A DNA stretch of 64,000 nucleotides from positions 622,001-686,000 of the forward strand of contig MU058065.1 of the NCBI GenBank assembly GCA_013265495.1. The letters run 5' to 3'. The DNA comes from Vicugna vicugna. Lineage: Eukaryota. Shown piece after piece: positions 38,111-51,445 of the stretch. Numbering within the stretch: the first letter of the stretch is position 1; each line of letters opens with the position of its first letter. Position numbers and translations under genes: made by a program. The notes beneath the pieces were generated by a model, which was given only the letters and a program-made list of their open reading frames with translations, was not told the origin of the DNA and made no database searches.

Positions 38111-38639
38111 AATAGAGTTTAGAAGCAAGTGTGATGAATGTTTTAAGAAATCTGTGTATGTCAATTGTTAACATTCAGGAAGGTGAAAGAACGCAGCTTG
38201 CAATGGGCCTATTCATGCTGAATATAAATATTTTACCAGTCTACTCATAGTTGAGACCAATTATTGGATCATGTTTTCATTGTTGAATTAAAACAAGTTT
38301 TAAAAAAAAAAGTAATATGGAGAAAAAAAAATCAGGAGACCGATGCTCAAGAGGGTGACAAGGAGCCCCAGCCTGGGTCGCAAACCCCCTAAGACTGGTT
38401 GCCCTGGCCACCTGCTACCTCCTACCAGGCGTTCTCTTTTACTGCTCTGCTTGGAATAGAAGTTAGATGCACAGCCATGTTCTCACACGCCTGTCACCAA
38501 GGCAAGCACAGAGACGTTTGCTGATGTATTCGTAATTGCTAGAGACTAGAGATAAAGAGACAAGAAGGAAAAACACCTAGCCTCGCCTCCCCTTCTCTGT
38601 TCATACCTGTGAACTCCTGATGCCTCCTGCCTCGTGATA

Positions 38640-39088
38640 TCCACACCCTTGTGTTCTTCTCTTCTCTTGAACAGGGGCTGGACCTGGGACTTGCTCCAAG
38701 TGAATCAACGTGGCCAAAGTGAGGGATGAAGCCGCCAAGACTAGCCCAAAAAAGACTGTGGCGTCTGTCCCCACCTCCCTTTCTCACTCCCTGGCTGCCT
38801 TGTTATGGAGGAAGCAGCTACTGAGTCCTGAGCTGCCCTTTGGAGAGGACCACGTGACAAAGAGCTGCCCTCTACCACCGACCACCAGTGATGACGGGAG
38901 CCCCGCCAACACCAGGAGAGCGAGCTCGGAGCGGACCCTCCCTGCAGCCCCTGCTGACTTTTACACAGGCATCCAGTGACGCTACACCCATACCTCTACC
39001 CCCAGAAACTGTGAGCTAGGAAGTGCTTGCTGTTTTAAGTCACTGTGTTTTGGGAAATTTCTCTTCCCAGCGATAAGTTACTAATACT
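38640..39088 (+). mobile_element. MLT1 (MLT1F-like) LTR
   Basis: GAGCTGCCCTTTGGAGAGGACCACGTGACAAAGAGCTG...CAGAAACTGTGAG...TGTTTTAAGTCACT...CAGCGATAAGTTACTAATAC. Confidence 0.75.
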
Positions 39089-42000
39089 CACCTGAAAGTT
39101 GTGGGTCAGGGATTCTCAAGCAGGGCAGGCTGAGAAACTCTCTGCATATCAAAGGATGTGAAGGCAAAGAAGGCTGGTGGCACAGCAAAATCCGTGACCA
39201 TCTCCTCTAGCGCCGGGCTGTTGCTGGAAGCAGCTGCCAGACCGGACCCACCTCCACCCCTCCTCTCATATGTGGGGCCGGGTGACTAGCTCTGTGGCTG
39301 GGACATGAGTGGGAGTGATGAGTGGCACTTTCAGCCCTTGAGGTGGACACCACTGTGCCGTCTCTGCCCTCTCTCTGCATCTGCCAGGCTGGACCCTTCA
39401 AAGAGGATGAAGAGCAGAGATGACTTCTCAGGGAAGACCGTAAGGAACATTTGTTCTCACTTATCGTGAACAGAACACCTGCTCTGGATGTGAAATGAGC
39501 TTTTCATGGGCTAAGTCACTAAATGTTGATGCTCCCAGTCTTCTGTTACAGGAGCTAGCTTTGCTGTAAATAATATAAGGGATACAGAAGCATAGTTTAA
39601 AAAACTGAGATAATACACACTCCCGGTGGAGAGTGTCCACATACTCAGCATTTTGGTCTAAATGCCAAAATCAAATGCAGTTATAGCTCAGAGCAATGCT
39701 CAGGTTATCCCAAGTAGGTGTGGCCGCTAGGGTCAGGCAAAGACAGAGGGTAATATGATGTGGGTTAGAGGCGAGGGTCCCACCGAGTCCTGCATCCCCA
39801 CATCATCAGGAGAGAGAGGGGAAGAGAAAAGATTTGTGAAGCTCTTGTTTTTGTCCATCTTCTCACTACAAAGCTCACTAGCTCGCGTGAAGTACAGGAG
39901 AGTGTGGGTGACTCCGTATTTTGAACTGGCTTACAGGAGACCAAAAAGGTGGAGAGACAGACACAGACACAGAGACAGATGGAGAGCTGGAGGGAGAAGA
40001 GAGAGAATTTGTGCAGGAAGACAGAGAGGTAGAGAGAAAAAGGAGAGAAGGGGGATATTATATGATCTGGGTCAATATTGCCCTATTTTAGCAAATTGGA
40101 CTTTTCATAAACTTTTCCTGGAAAATCGTAGATTTGAGGTTCTCAGGGTTCCAGAAGGAGCTTCAGAGGTTCTGAATTCTTTAACATGTCACACAAAATT
40201 TCACTACTTCACACCCATGTGTTTTTTTCTGAGATTGATGATCCCTCAAAATTTTAAGAACTATTTCTCTAAAGTTACTTTGGTCATATTATTTGGGTCA
40301 TTTTAATTTAATCTCATTCTTGCCGATTGTTTTTCCATCACCTTGAAAGTCTTCCTTAAAAGTTATTACCAAAGGGAAATTTTATAAAAGCCAGACGAAG
40401 AATGTGTTTTTTAAAAGTGTGTTCGAACAATGCTTGTTCTGTCTGTCTCTATGTTGCTTTCTTAGATGATAAACTTGGTTCAGACAGAAATCATGCCTTT
40501 CCTGGAAATCTTCTTTGATCAGAATACCACCAAATCAGGTCCCGTGCAGGGTGGAGCATAAAAAATGTGATTGGTTCCTTCTGATGAAGTGTCTAATCAA
40601 GTTCTCCCGGGAGTTAATGGAAGTACCAGAAATAAAAATGGCGTTTTCTAATTCCACTGCCTAGTTAATAAACTTTGACAGACACATGTAATTATTTTAG
40701 ATGCAGGAAGACAAAACGATGGATGAGAGGAAACAACTGATAAGATGGTATTGGCTGAAATAAGGAAGCTGATCTCACATGATGGATGTGCTGCACATCA
40801 AAGGAAGAGGCGAATATGGTGATTCTTTTATTCCATTGCGAGGTGGCTTATATAAATAGAGGGACAAGGATGGTGGTTTAAGCCATGTCTTCTGTGCACG
40901 TTGCATGTTAATGATGTTATTTCCAATCTAGTTTTTGCTCTCCTGACCCGAACACCTTCCGCTGTGCCCAAGTTGGCCTGGGAGAGCCCAGAACAAATAG
41001 GATTGTCAGTATGATTTCACTACCAGATTAATTCAAGTCTCCTTTCTCCTAAAGTGATTAAATGACCCATTTGTTGGTGATCAAATACACAGTGTGAAAA
41101 TTAACCAATATTATTACTTTAAGATTCTTGAAGAAGAAAATAAAAAGGGAAATAAACATCTGGATGGAGCTTTTACATAAAGTCTATAAAAACAAGTTAG
41201 TCAATAATCATTTTCTATTAGTTGATTTTTTTAAAAAAGTAACCATTTTTTGTAAATGAAAACATTCAGTCACGCCTTTGTTTTGGCAGGACTGATTTTA
41301 TGAAATTGATTGGCTTGGTGATGAGAGAGACTTGGAGAGATCACAAAGAGCTGAATTTGGAGTTCTGGGCTATTTACATCGAGGCCATGATTCTAGATGT
41401 CAGCAGCACAAATTTAGGTTGACCATGATGCCAGCAGTTCTCTAGGAACCTACTTTGACATGCAAAGAAATGTCGGGGAAACGGAGAAAACAGGGTGATG
41501 TGTACTTTTTTTGTTTTTCAATCATCTGCATGTCAGTGACTAAACTTGACCACTGGAAGAATCACAGTAAAGAGGAAGATCCTTCCATCCCAATTTTAGT
41601 ACACGTGCTGTGAAGCGAAGCAAGCACAGAGAGGAAGATCCCATTTGCAGAATGTAAGTTTTCTGAAACAAAACCCACCAGCAGCTCAGCTCTGGGGTGT
41701 AGGCAGAAAGTGTCACACAGTTGGAGAGCAACGCTTTTCTTCACTTCCGACAAGAATGCACCGCGATTCGGCGGGGGCAGAAGGACTGAAGGGACAGGGC
41801 TTCATGGCACGGTGCATATTTGCACTTTGGGGATGCCCTGGGAGACGGCGTTCCTGACAGGGGGGCCACTGAGCACAGTGAGAGCACCTTCAGCCACATC
41901 CTGGCCACGCGCAGCACGCAGTGGCTGGCAGGCAGTGGGCTTCCCGAAGAAGCCCAGCTCAGAAGAGAAGAGGGGGCTTCCTCCCAAGCACATGTGAGAC

Positions 42001-42419
42001 CGAGTGGGAGAAGCAGGCTGGCTGAGGGTGAGATCCCGGGCAGGGACCCTCCCAGGGTGCCCTTCCACCTGATGGCTTGTGCTGCCACGAGGCAGAGGAG
42101 CTGGGCTCTGAGACCCCCTCACTTGTTTGTCAGGTCACCCATTGTCTCTGGGTCTCCTGGGACTTGGTCAGCAGGAAAGCATCTTGGCTAAGTAAGAGGG
42201 ACTTGAGACGATCCGGGTAGAGCCTCACCAGCATTTGCTATATTATCTTACCCCAAAACAGCTGGGGCCAACCTTGGAGAGGATGATATGGGTGCCAGAG
42301 CCTGCAATCCTGAGGTCCACGGCTGGGGAACACATGTGACCACAGTGCAAGTGTAAATATGACCTCATTTATATCTGCAGAGTGGTGAAGCCTTGATGGG
42401 TTACATATTGATCAAAGGA

Positions 42420-42600
42420 TTTCAGAACTGGAAGGGACTTTTTGGACCATCCAGCGAGAGCTCTCCTCTCTCATTTTGTAACAAAGACACTGAAAGACCA
42501 AGAAAGATAGATGATTTGCCAAAGCCAGATAGCTCACTAGAGGCAACGCCAAGATTAAAATTCATGTTTTCTGATCTCAGCCAAATTTTTTTCAATTATA
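42420..42600 (-). mobile_element. MIR (MIR3/MIRc-like)
   Basis: AGAACTGGAAGGGAC...CATCCAG...CTCATTTTGTAACAAAGACACTGA...GATTTGCCAAAG. Confidence 0.65.
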
Positions 42601-43524
42601 CATGTTACAAGACACATTATAATATGGAAAGATTTTGTAATTTGAGGAATTGTGATTCTTTCCCTGAAAATGTGTGAAGGATGCTGTGTTCTCCATACAG
42701 CATGATGGAGCTTTGGCACCACAGACATATGGATTTTTATTTGGTCTATTTATGTTCATATCTTGTATTATTTAATGTTATCCTAAATATGGACTATTTT
42801 AATATCCATCTATATTTTACACCATCACCCTCATTCTGCAGCAACCAGCAGCTGGAGTTTTGCATTTTCCTCTTGTGTTGTTAGAAGAAAGAATGCCATG
42901 CCCTCTTGTCCCCCTCAGGCCAGCTTTCCCAGAATAAGTCACTGTTCTGCTTTTCCAGAAAACTGGGTGGCCCATTTCTGACTGTCTGGCCCACTACTTT
43001 CTTGAGATCTGATAGAGATTGTTACACAGCTCACCAATTACTTCCCTCAAAAGCTGAAGGTGACCCAGTGATGACATCTGTAACTTTATGTAGAGGATAG
43101 GGAGAGGGAGGAAAAAAATGATGCTTTAGGAAGCATGAGATTGATCATGGATGAGCCTACAATGAGCTGTGGCTTCAAGTATTAAGGCCAATGGGCTGCT
43201 CTGTGAGCATGGCTCCCCTGTGCAGTGCAGAGTCATGACAGGGCCAGGGCCAGGGAGGAAAGGCCATCGAGGGAGGAAGAGCAAGAAACATCTTGCTAAG
43301 TGACCTCAACTGCCTGGGGCAGAGCCACGTTCCTCTCAAGGTGAGTCTGGCTCAGTTATCACGTGGGCAGAGCGGGTGTTCTCCATGGTGTCCAGACTAT
43401 TCTTAGCCCTGATTCTGAGGGAACATACGAGGTCCCAGAAAGTAGGTTTGGATACAGGACACTTTGGATTCCAAATCTGTCACTGGCTGTAAGACATTAG
43501 CATTTAGATAGGCCATGCTTCAGT

Positions 43525-43629
43525 TTACCCATTCTATAGTGTAGTGTGCAAGCATATATATATGTATAATATATATATATATAATATATATATATGTCTT
43601 ACCCATTCTACAATGTAGAGTGCAAGTTT

Positions 43630-43675
<46 letters not shown>

Positions 43676-43680
43676 GTAGA
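43525..43680. repeat. Two ~74-bp units, each a 28-bp MIR-derived motif plus (TA)n
   Basis: TTACCCATTCTATAGTGTAGTGTGCAAG (43525-43552) and TTACCCATTCTACAATGTAGAGTGCAAG (43599-43626), each followed by TA runs. Confidence 0.85.
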
Positions 43681-44710
43681 ATCCTGCTAGAACATTTCAC
43701 ACACTACACACAACACCCATGTCTACAGATAGACATACATATTTGGCTCTGGAGATGGGGAACAACTCGAGTATTAGAAATTAGAAATCCTAGCTCTCCT
43801 TGGGGACAGTGCCAGTCCTCTAAGTTTCCCTCTGAAACTTCTTTGTCTTGCCTTCTATTTTCTTCCTCCCTGAGCCATAATTTTTTTTGTACTAGGTGCT
43901 GTGCTACATTCATCTTTTTCTTTCAGTTGTATTTTTTTTTTGCTTTTAGGTCCATCACATCTAGGGTCTTCTCTATATTATTACAGTATGAAGAAATGAG
44001 TTATTTCCATAATGATAATCTTGAATCATTAACAAAAACTTAGATCCTCAGTACATTCTATTAAGACAGATTATTCTATACAACCTTATGGATATGTTTC
44101 ATATAAATGACTGAAATTAAATAGAAATGTTGGAGCTTGAAGTAGTCACATACAGTTATCTGAAAAATCCAATTTTATTGCACAGTTTGATTCTATGCTA
44201 TGACAGATAGATGAGCTAACAGTGTAACTGAGTTAAAATGTCTACTGTTGAGTTAGAAATAATGAGATTAAAAATAATACTGTTAGAAGAAAACAGAGAT
44301 ATATATTCAAGAAGCAAAACTCAAGAGAAGATTGTGTACAGAAAGCTGAAACTTCTTAGTCTAGAAAAGCAGTAAGATTTGAGTTTGTGGGTAGGTAGCC
44401 ATTCCCTAACATTCTGTCCAGAATACCTTGGACAGCGAACATCAATGTAAGGCAATTCATCATAGACAAGAGAGCCAACTGGAAGGATTTCAGAGAAGTC
44501 TTCAGGAAGGTGGGGCTGGTTATGATAACTTCCAAAGAAATTGAGAAGTTTCCACTTATGTGGTATTTTAGGCTGTCCTAGTACTTAAGCTGTACTTTCA
44601 TCATTTACAAGGGATCTTTTCTAAACAAATAAACACACAAATGAAAGATAACAACATAAGTCTTTATGTATTTTTTTTCTTTTGCTATGGCTTTAGGAAC
44701 TAATTAGATT

Positions 44711-44816
44711 TTTTTTTCATATTGAATTTCTTGAGTAAATCCCTTTTTAAAAAAATTATTGAACTTTAGTTGATTTATAATGTCATACTAGTTTCTGGTG
44801 TACAGTGAAGTGATTC

Positions 44817-44849
<33 letters not shown>

Positions 44850-44953
44850 TATATATATATGTATATAGCCATTCAGTTATATTTTTATATATGTATATGT
44901 ATTCTTTTTCATATTCTTTTCCATTATGGTTTATTATAGGATATTGAATATAG
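44711..44953 (-). mobile_element. 5'-truncated L1 3' end with TSD, internal (TA)n and extra 3' sequence
   Basis: TSD TTAGGAACTAATTAGATT (44693-44710) / TTAGGAATTAATTTGATT (44954-44971). Confidence 0.85.
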
Positions 44954-45241
44954 TTAGGAATTAATTTGATTCTTGACATACTATCTCTGGCAGCTGTATG
45001 TGTTAAAGTCTTTCTTGAAGTTAATATTAATTGTGCCCTCATACTCATAGTAATGTAATATGAAAATTCCAATAAGTTGTATATATATTGAAAATAACTC
45101 AGTAAACCTTTAGCAGATGCTCTTTGCCCAAGTCAAGGCCATTTTTCTCTTTTCTCCTGATCACAGTTTAGTTTGAGCATCCACTCTTCCTTCATCTGAT
45201 TCAGAGCCTAGCTTTAAAAGTAGATCCTGATTGGTCTAAGA

Positions 45242-45485
45242 CTGTTATTCCAACTGTGGGTCCCAACCACTTCTAGAAAATAAAATTAAATTAGTGGGTT
45301 ACATTATCCTTTTAAAATGACACTGAGTAGGAAATATAAGAATGGTTCCTATAGATTAGGGTAAAGGTAAGAAAAAGTTCATGAAAGTTTTTCTTAAACA
45401 ATTATATATGCTTATGTACTGGATCTTGATGTAAAAACATGCCTTTATTGTGAGTCACAGTCAAACAGTTTGAAAAATCATTGGA
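45242..45485 (+). mobile_element. hAT-type MITE inserted into an ERVL LTR remnant (~45100-45900)
   Basis: CAACTGTGGGTCCCAACC...TTAGTGGGT...TTATTGTGAGTCACAGTCAAACAGTTTGAAAAATCATTG; flanks read GATTGGTCTAAG | CCAATCACCATGGTC as in LTR33-type LTRs. Confidence 0.55.
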
Positions 45486-45976
45486 GTGAACCAATCACCA
45501 TGGTCTTATTTCCCCTGTGATTAGAATATTTGTGGATATGTAATACATTCTGAACAATGGACTTCTTGGGGGAAGCCTTCTGAGTATTGTCCAGAAAAGT
45601 TTGCTCACGGACTATAGGAATCAGAGGGTAAGAGACAATCCCATTTCTTTCTCTGTATGTTTTCATGTGTAAATATGATTACCCAGAATTGCTGCAGCAT
45701 CTTGTAATGATGAGCTGGCTTGTGGAAGAGTCAACCTCTTAAGTAGGACAAAACCGAACAGTGGAATGAACCTGGCTTCTTAGCGATGTCACTGAGCTGC
45801 CAAGCATAGTCTGATGCCTTCCTACCTCTGAATTACTTCTTGCAAGATAATACATTCAGTTGTGTAACTATTTGCACTACTTGCCTTTTGGGCTTCAAAT
45901 TTTTTTCAGCTTGATGAACCTTAAGTGACATAACTACCATCTTACAGCTTGCTGCAAACACTGAAGCTCTGACTAG

Positions 45977-46320
45977 TTCATTTAGTGAATTATGTATTAG
46001 GTGACGCTCATGTGTGAGGTTCTAAGTGCTGGGCATGGTGCTGCGAGGAAGATAAATAAGGCTCTTGCCTTGCCAGTTCATATTTCAGTGATGCAGGCAA
46101 GTAATTAATGAAACAAATAAATGCATTTAGATTATGATGAATCCTCTAAGGGAAATAAATAGAATGGCACGATAGGGTGATTTATTTGGTTTACAGGTGC
46201 TTCTTTAAACGGGATGATAATCTTTCCGAGGAGGAAGAGGCACTGGAGCTGACTTGAAAGAGAAGTTAGTCATGGGAAGAGGGAGGGAAAGTTCATTTCA
46301 GAAAGAGGGACAATACACAT
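45977..46320 (-). mobile_element. L2 3' end (antisense)
   Basis: TTCATTTAG...TATTAGGTGACGCTCATGTGTGAGGTTCTAAGTGCTGGG...CTTGCCTTGCCAGTTCATATTTCAGTG. Confidence 0.65.
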
Positions 46321-48044
46321 TATAGATCATATTGTTAGGAGAGTGTACTCACACACTTTTTCTACTTTCAAACATTCAGTTCTGGGAAGTTTGAAGCCAT
46401 GGTAAACCTTTCTATTGATCGCTTGGTAAGAACTCTAATATCTTCTGGAATGTATGCTTCCAGATACTAGAATTACTGGATTATCCCTCGCTAGGCTGAT
46501 TATCCCTTACTTGACTGGATTACCCCTTATTAGAACTGGGTCTTGTTCTCTGAGCAGCCAGCTCAGTGCTTGGACACTGGAAGGGCTCAGTGTAGGTGAC
46601 TGATGAAATTAATGAATAAAAACTCCTAGGATGTTACCCACCTGGTAATGGCTGATGGCTTGTGGAAAACTCAGAGCCCCTGAGAAGGTGTATTTAGGTT
46701 ACCGTGGCTCACTGCTAGGAGAGCGTGTCACTTAGCCGCAGCTGTGGCTGTGCTGTTGCACCTTAATGACTCCCTCTTAAGGTGTATTATTGCACAGAAA
46801 AAAGTAGCTTGGCAAAACCCATACCAAATGTTAATGACAAATATCACTGGGTATTTTGGGTGATTTATATGAACTTAATTTTATTTTTCTCCATTTCTGA
46901 CTTTATATATTTGCATGTATATAACTTTTAAAAGATATCAATTCTGTGTTAGAAAAAGATCTGCATCACGAGTCTCACTCATTCCTGATAACTACTTCTG
47001 GAAAAACTTCTCCTGACCCCCACTTTTGAGCTCCCGTTTCAGAATAATTGCTTAATCTTAGGCGTCTCCATTGTACACATACTGTGCAATTCTGAGATGA
47101 CAATGACTAAGTGTTCTGTAGCCTTATATTAGCTTGTATCCCTCACTAAATGATCAAACCTTTCAATCCAAGATGTAGTTTTTTTTCCTATTTTCACTCC
47201 ACTATATACCATAGGGCCAGCATATGCTGAGGTTTCAATAAATCAAAATGAAAATCAAATTCCCTGCAGAATCATGTTGTTTTATTTTTATGCTCTTCAC
47301 TGAACCTCACTATGCACATCATTCTTTCTTATCTCCATTATTGCAGCAACTTTCCCCCTGTTTTCCCTGACTCTCCCTCCTCCAGCCTAACCACCACTCA
47401 TACCTCTTTAGTATTATTGTACAATATAGAAGGGCTTGAGAGTTAAAAATCTGAATTTCAGCTTTAACATTTACTGACCATGTGATCATTAGCAAATTCC
47501 TTAATCTCTCTGAGTCGGAAGATTATGACTTAAGAGGGAATTTTAAAACTTAAATACTTATCAAACTGAAAGACAAATAATAGTGGCTATGTGATCAGAA
47601 TATTCTGTTACTTTAAATACTTTATGATTCTCATCGTTACCTATTTTTTTAATCATTCTCCGTTTCCTATGTCAAAATTCATGATAAGATTTCCCAAATT
47701 CTCACCTGAGTGAAAGCCTTCCTCATGGAAAGTTCTGTCCTTCTTCAGTTCTGTCTGAAACCGAATGGATCCATCAGTTTAATTTTGGGATTTAATTGAC
47801 CATCCCACCTGGACAAGAGACCACAGCTATGTTCTCCAATCTGATCTTTATCAGTAATGAAAGTGATTTTTGGTCCTTTTTAAAATGTTTCAACTTTTTC
47901 AGATGTGAGGTGGGAAAAAGCACTGATATTCATTAAAATTTTTTGAAGACCCCAGCAAGAGGTTTCATTTACTGAGTGTGTACTGTCTACCTGGAGTGGT
48001 GATACATATTTTAGGTACATTATCTCCCCTTAAATAATAATTAT

Positions 48045-48185
48045 TTGAAGTGCTATTTAAAAACAGATTCCCTTGTCCCAACTCAGAACTATGAATCAGA
48101 TTTTCTAGGAGAGACACAATAGTCTGTTATTTAAAATATACTCTAGGAGAGCTTTATTTTCAGGGAGGTTTGGGGAAACAATGAA
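48045..48185. mobile_element. MER5-like hAT-Charlie MITE
   Basis: TTAAAAACAGATTCCCTTGTCCCAACTCAGAACTATGAATCAGATTTTCTAGG...AGGTTTGGGGAAAC. Confidence 0.6.
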
Positions 48186-48248
48186 ATATCATATATGCAC
48201 ACCAAAATGGATCAAAGAAAATTTCTAATAAGGAAAAAGAATGAAAAC

Positions 48249-48650
48249 TGTCAAAAACAGTGAAGGGTCTCAGATTTTATCCTACTTGCAAACTAACAAG
48301 TCCACATTCCACTGTTTCTCAGATGCTGGCAGAAAACACACCGCTGCTGGGTCAGAGACAAAGGGTGGTGCATTACTGAGAGCAGTAGCAGTAGCAAAAG
48401 GGTCAGAGTTTTCTTCTGCCAGTGCCTTAAACTTCAATCTGCACAGATACAAAGAGACCTATGTGATGCCTGCGCAGGTAGGATTATGTTAGAGAAGAAC
48501 CCTGAGCTTGCTCCAGGAGACACTATCTCTGTCTTCCAAGGCTGATTGCTATACACACATCCCTGAAGACTGTCTGGACAAAACCAGTCAGTGCCTCCAC
48601 TTTTAAGATGTGTAGAAACTGAAGCCACCCAGAGAATTGTCTCCCAGTGA
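48249..48650 (-). mobile_element. ERVL-class solo LTR (MER73/MER74-like; name uncertain)
   Basis: TGAAGGGTCTCAGATTTTATCCTACTTGCAAACTAACAAG...GATGCTGGCAGAAAACAC...CTGGGTCAGAGACAAAGG. Confidence 0.65.
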
Positions 48651-49140
48651 GCTGCACTGTGATCTTTCAAGCAAAATGAATAGCTTAAATAAAAGTTGAG
48701 AGAGAGGAAAGGATGGAAAATATAAAGACAACAGCAGCAAATACTTCAGTTTTGCAGGAGATTGGAACAGATAGAAAACATGTTCAAGTTCAGAAATTGA
48801 ATAATTTATATACAGACCTCCTGAGGTCTGAATGTGGTTCCTATTGCTATGGCTTCCAACAGAGCAAAAGCTACCATGGAAGTAAGGCCTAGGCTGGCCA
48901 CCTTCAAAGCCCATGACCCAAAAGCATCTCTGTGCTCAGGTTCGAGGGGCATGCAGATTTGCAGCAATTGCCAGTTCAGTACATCGCACACAGCATGCTT
49001 GGAGCTAAATTACTGTGTGCAAATTTCAGAAATAAAATAAGGAATGATGGGATGGAGCTGGAAAAAGAGACCAATAACAATAGAAATATATAATTGCAAA
49101 GTTTAAATGTATTAACCCTTAGAAAATAATAATCTTTGTA

Positions 49141-49265
49141 GGGAGGGTATAGCTTGGTGGTAGAGCACGTGCTTAGCATGCACAAGGTCCTGGGTTCAAT
49201 CCCCAGCACCTCCATTAAAAATGAATAAATATTCCTAATTACCCCCCAAAAAATATTTAAATAAC
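49141..49265 (+). mobile_element. tRNA-derived SINE, camelid Vic-1-like
   Basis: GGGAGGGTATAGCTTGGTGGTAGAGCACGTGCTTAGCATGCACAAGGTCCTGGGTTCAATCCCCAGCACCTCC followed by ATTAAAAATGAATAAAT..CCTAATTACCCCCCAAAA tail. Confidence 0.9.
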
Positions 49266-51122
49266 TCCACAGTAAAAAGCAGAAGTCTGGATCTGATGGT
49301 ATTTCCTTTTATTTCCTAGCTGAGGAACAGTAGTATAGATAATTAATTAACCACTTTTGTATCTAATTCTCTGAAATCTCTTACTTAGAAACCTAAATGC
49401 TTCCAGTTTTGTTTCTTTGGTAATTTTCTTCTTCATCTCTGTTTACTTCACATTTTCTTATCTTGCCACTACCCTGTGCCAAAAGTATTGCACATACACA
49501 TTAATGCATACCATCTGGAACATCCTTCTTAAGAAGAGGAAGAAGAATGTGAGGGCTGATGGATTCAATACAGCCCCCATCCAACATCTGCAACATCCTC
49601 TCCCTCCAACGAAATATGTGGGATAAGCAGGTCTCCTTAGATTTAACCTGAATGTCATCCCCGCTCTGCCTTTTTCACAGTGAAAGGGCTACTCAGACTC
49701 AGAAAGGTTTCCTGGGTATTTCAGGAAGTCATGAGATTTCCGCCAGGTCTTCGCAGTAGCTGTGGAACTGAAGGGAAAGTTTAGTCACAAACCATGACGT
49801 GGGAAGGAAGATGTAATAGCAAAGAGGCACTGCTCAGCCGCAAAGAAGTGGAATTGGCTGAGTCTTTCTAGCATGAGCAAAGGCTAGAACACAGTTGGAT
49901 CTATTCCACGAAGGGAGTACTTTCCCAATTAGGGATGCAAACACATCATTTTACCTATTTAATATATTTTTAAAAGCTAGTTCTGGCAAGGTCTATTATA
50001 AATATAATTTTATTCCAAAGTGCAGATTAAAATCAAATACAAGTTTATATATTCCTGATAATGACCAAAGGAGTAGTATTAAGAGAGGGCCCAAGTAGAT
50101 TAAACTGAGTGGCCACGAAAACATTACATCAGCGAAGGAATTGACACTATAGAAATAAAAATCTGCCCAGTCCTGAAGGTGGGCTGTGGACCATCACGTT
50201 TTATTTATCAGAGAAACCTATACTTCAATTAATATTTGTATAATTTTTCTTTATTCATTTTACTGGTGATTAAATATATTATCTTTAGTGAGTAATCTTC
50301 AGAAGTAAGGTAAAACGTAAGAGAAAGTCTCCATCTTTCCCCACATATCTACTTGGATGTAGTTCCATAAAGTAATTGAATACACACATTATTATAACAA
50401 AGTTAGACTGAAAAAAATAGCACGTCCAAGGCCTGAACATATGCCCCTGACCAGTGGTTGACTGATCAGAAGGGGTTATTTACAGAATAAAATATGGACT
50501 CATTCTGTGGAGCCTGGTCTTTAGCCATTTTATCTGTCTTAGATTAGGATTTAACTTTTGGCAGGAAGATTCTTTTCTTCATATGCCAGGAATCATCCAA
50601 AAGCATTCAAGCATTCCATCATTAATGAGGCAAATATGAAAATAATTGCTACTCTTCTTGGGGAAAAACTTAATTCCAAGTCATAGACAGCCCTTGACCC
50701 TTCTTGAAAGGTTTGAGAAGGAACGGTTGGGTTGACAAAATGAGACAGGGTGAAGGAAGGAGCTCATATTAAGGCAAAAGACGATTTCTGAAAAAGAAAG
50801 AGACTGAGAACAGTGTACCCACTCAATTAACTTCTTGCTCTTACAGCTCTGTGTAATTCATCTGTTGTAGCAGTTGGCACTATTTAAAGCACCACAAGCA
50901 AGCATCATAAAGCTCTTTTCATCATAATTTTATCACTTGACTGACTCATCCCTGGGAGACAAAGACTGCTCACACGCGTTAGCCATTACACTGACATTTG
51001 AGTTGGAAGGGAAAAGCCAACCAAGCGTCTCTGCTGTGGAGTCAGAGACTTGTGCTGAGGCTATAAACACCCTCCTGCTGATGCATGATTTAGGGAGAGG
51101 TGCTATTTAGACAGAGTGTTCA

Positions 51123-51445
51123 TTTTCTCCTCCAGTTCTTCCTCCTTTTCCTCCTGCTCCTTCTTCTCCTCTTCCTCCTTCTCTTCCTCTTTTTTCTCGT
51201 CTTTCTACAGACACTTCTGGGAAGATCAGTATTTGAAATAAGAGTGATTCCATCAGAGAATGCCAGTTGGATTTGAGTCCAACAGTGAGAAGCTACCCAC
51301 AGATACTGGTAACGTCCTCTCATGACAGCTTCCTCTGCTTTCTACTCCTCCTTCCGCTCCTTCTCGTCCTTCTCTCTCCTTCCTCCTCATCTTCCTCCTC
51401 CTCTTCTTCCTTCTCCTACTTTTTCCCTTCTCCTTCATCTTCTTT
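51123..51445. repeat. Two CTC/CTT-rich polypyrimidine tracts (51123-51206, 51330-51445)
   Basis: Degenerate triplet repeats read directly; they explain the R/K-rich and S-rich ORFs in the track. Confidence 0.85.

Noticed and set aside
39755..40306. Longest ORF in the track (183 aa)
   Set aside because: It crosses a GA-rich low-complexity tract, has no recognisable domain and no convincing exon structure; most likely a chance ORF.
41700..42250. GC-richer patch with overlapping ORFs: CpG island or exon
   Set aside because: CpG density is modest, ORFs in several frames reflect GC content, and no peptide is recognisable.
44280..44580. CR1/L3 fragment
   Set aside because: Only faint resemblance; it cannot be supported without a profile search.
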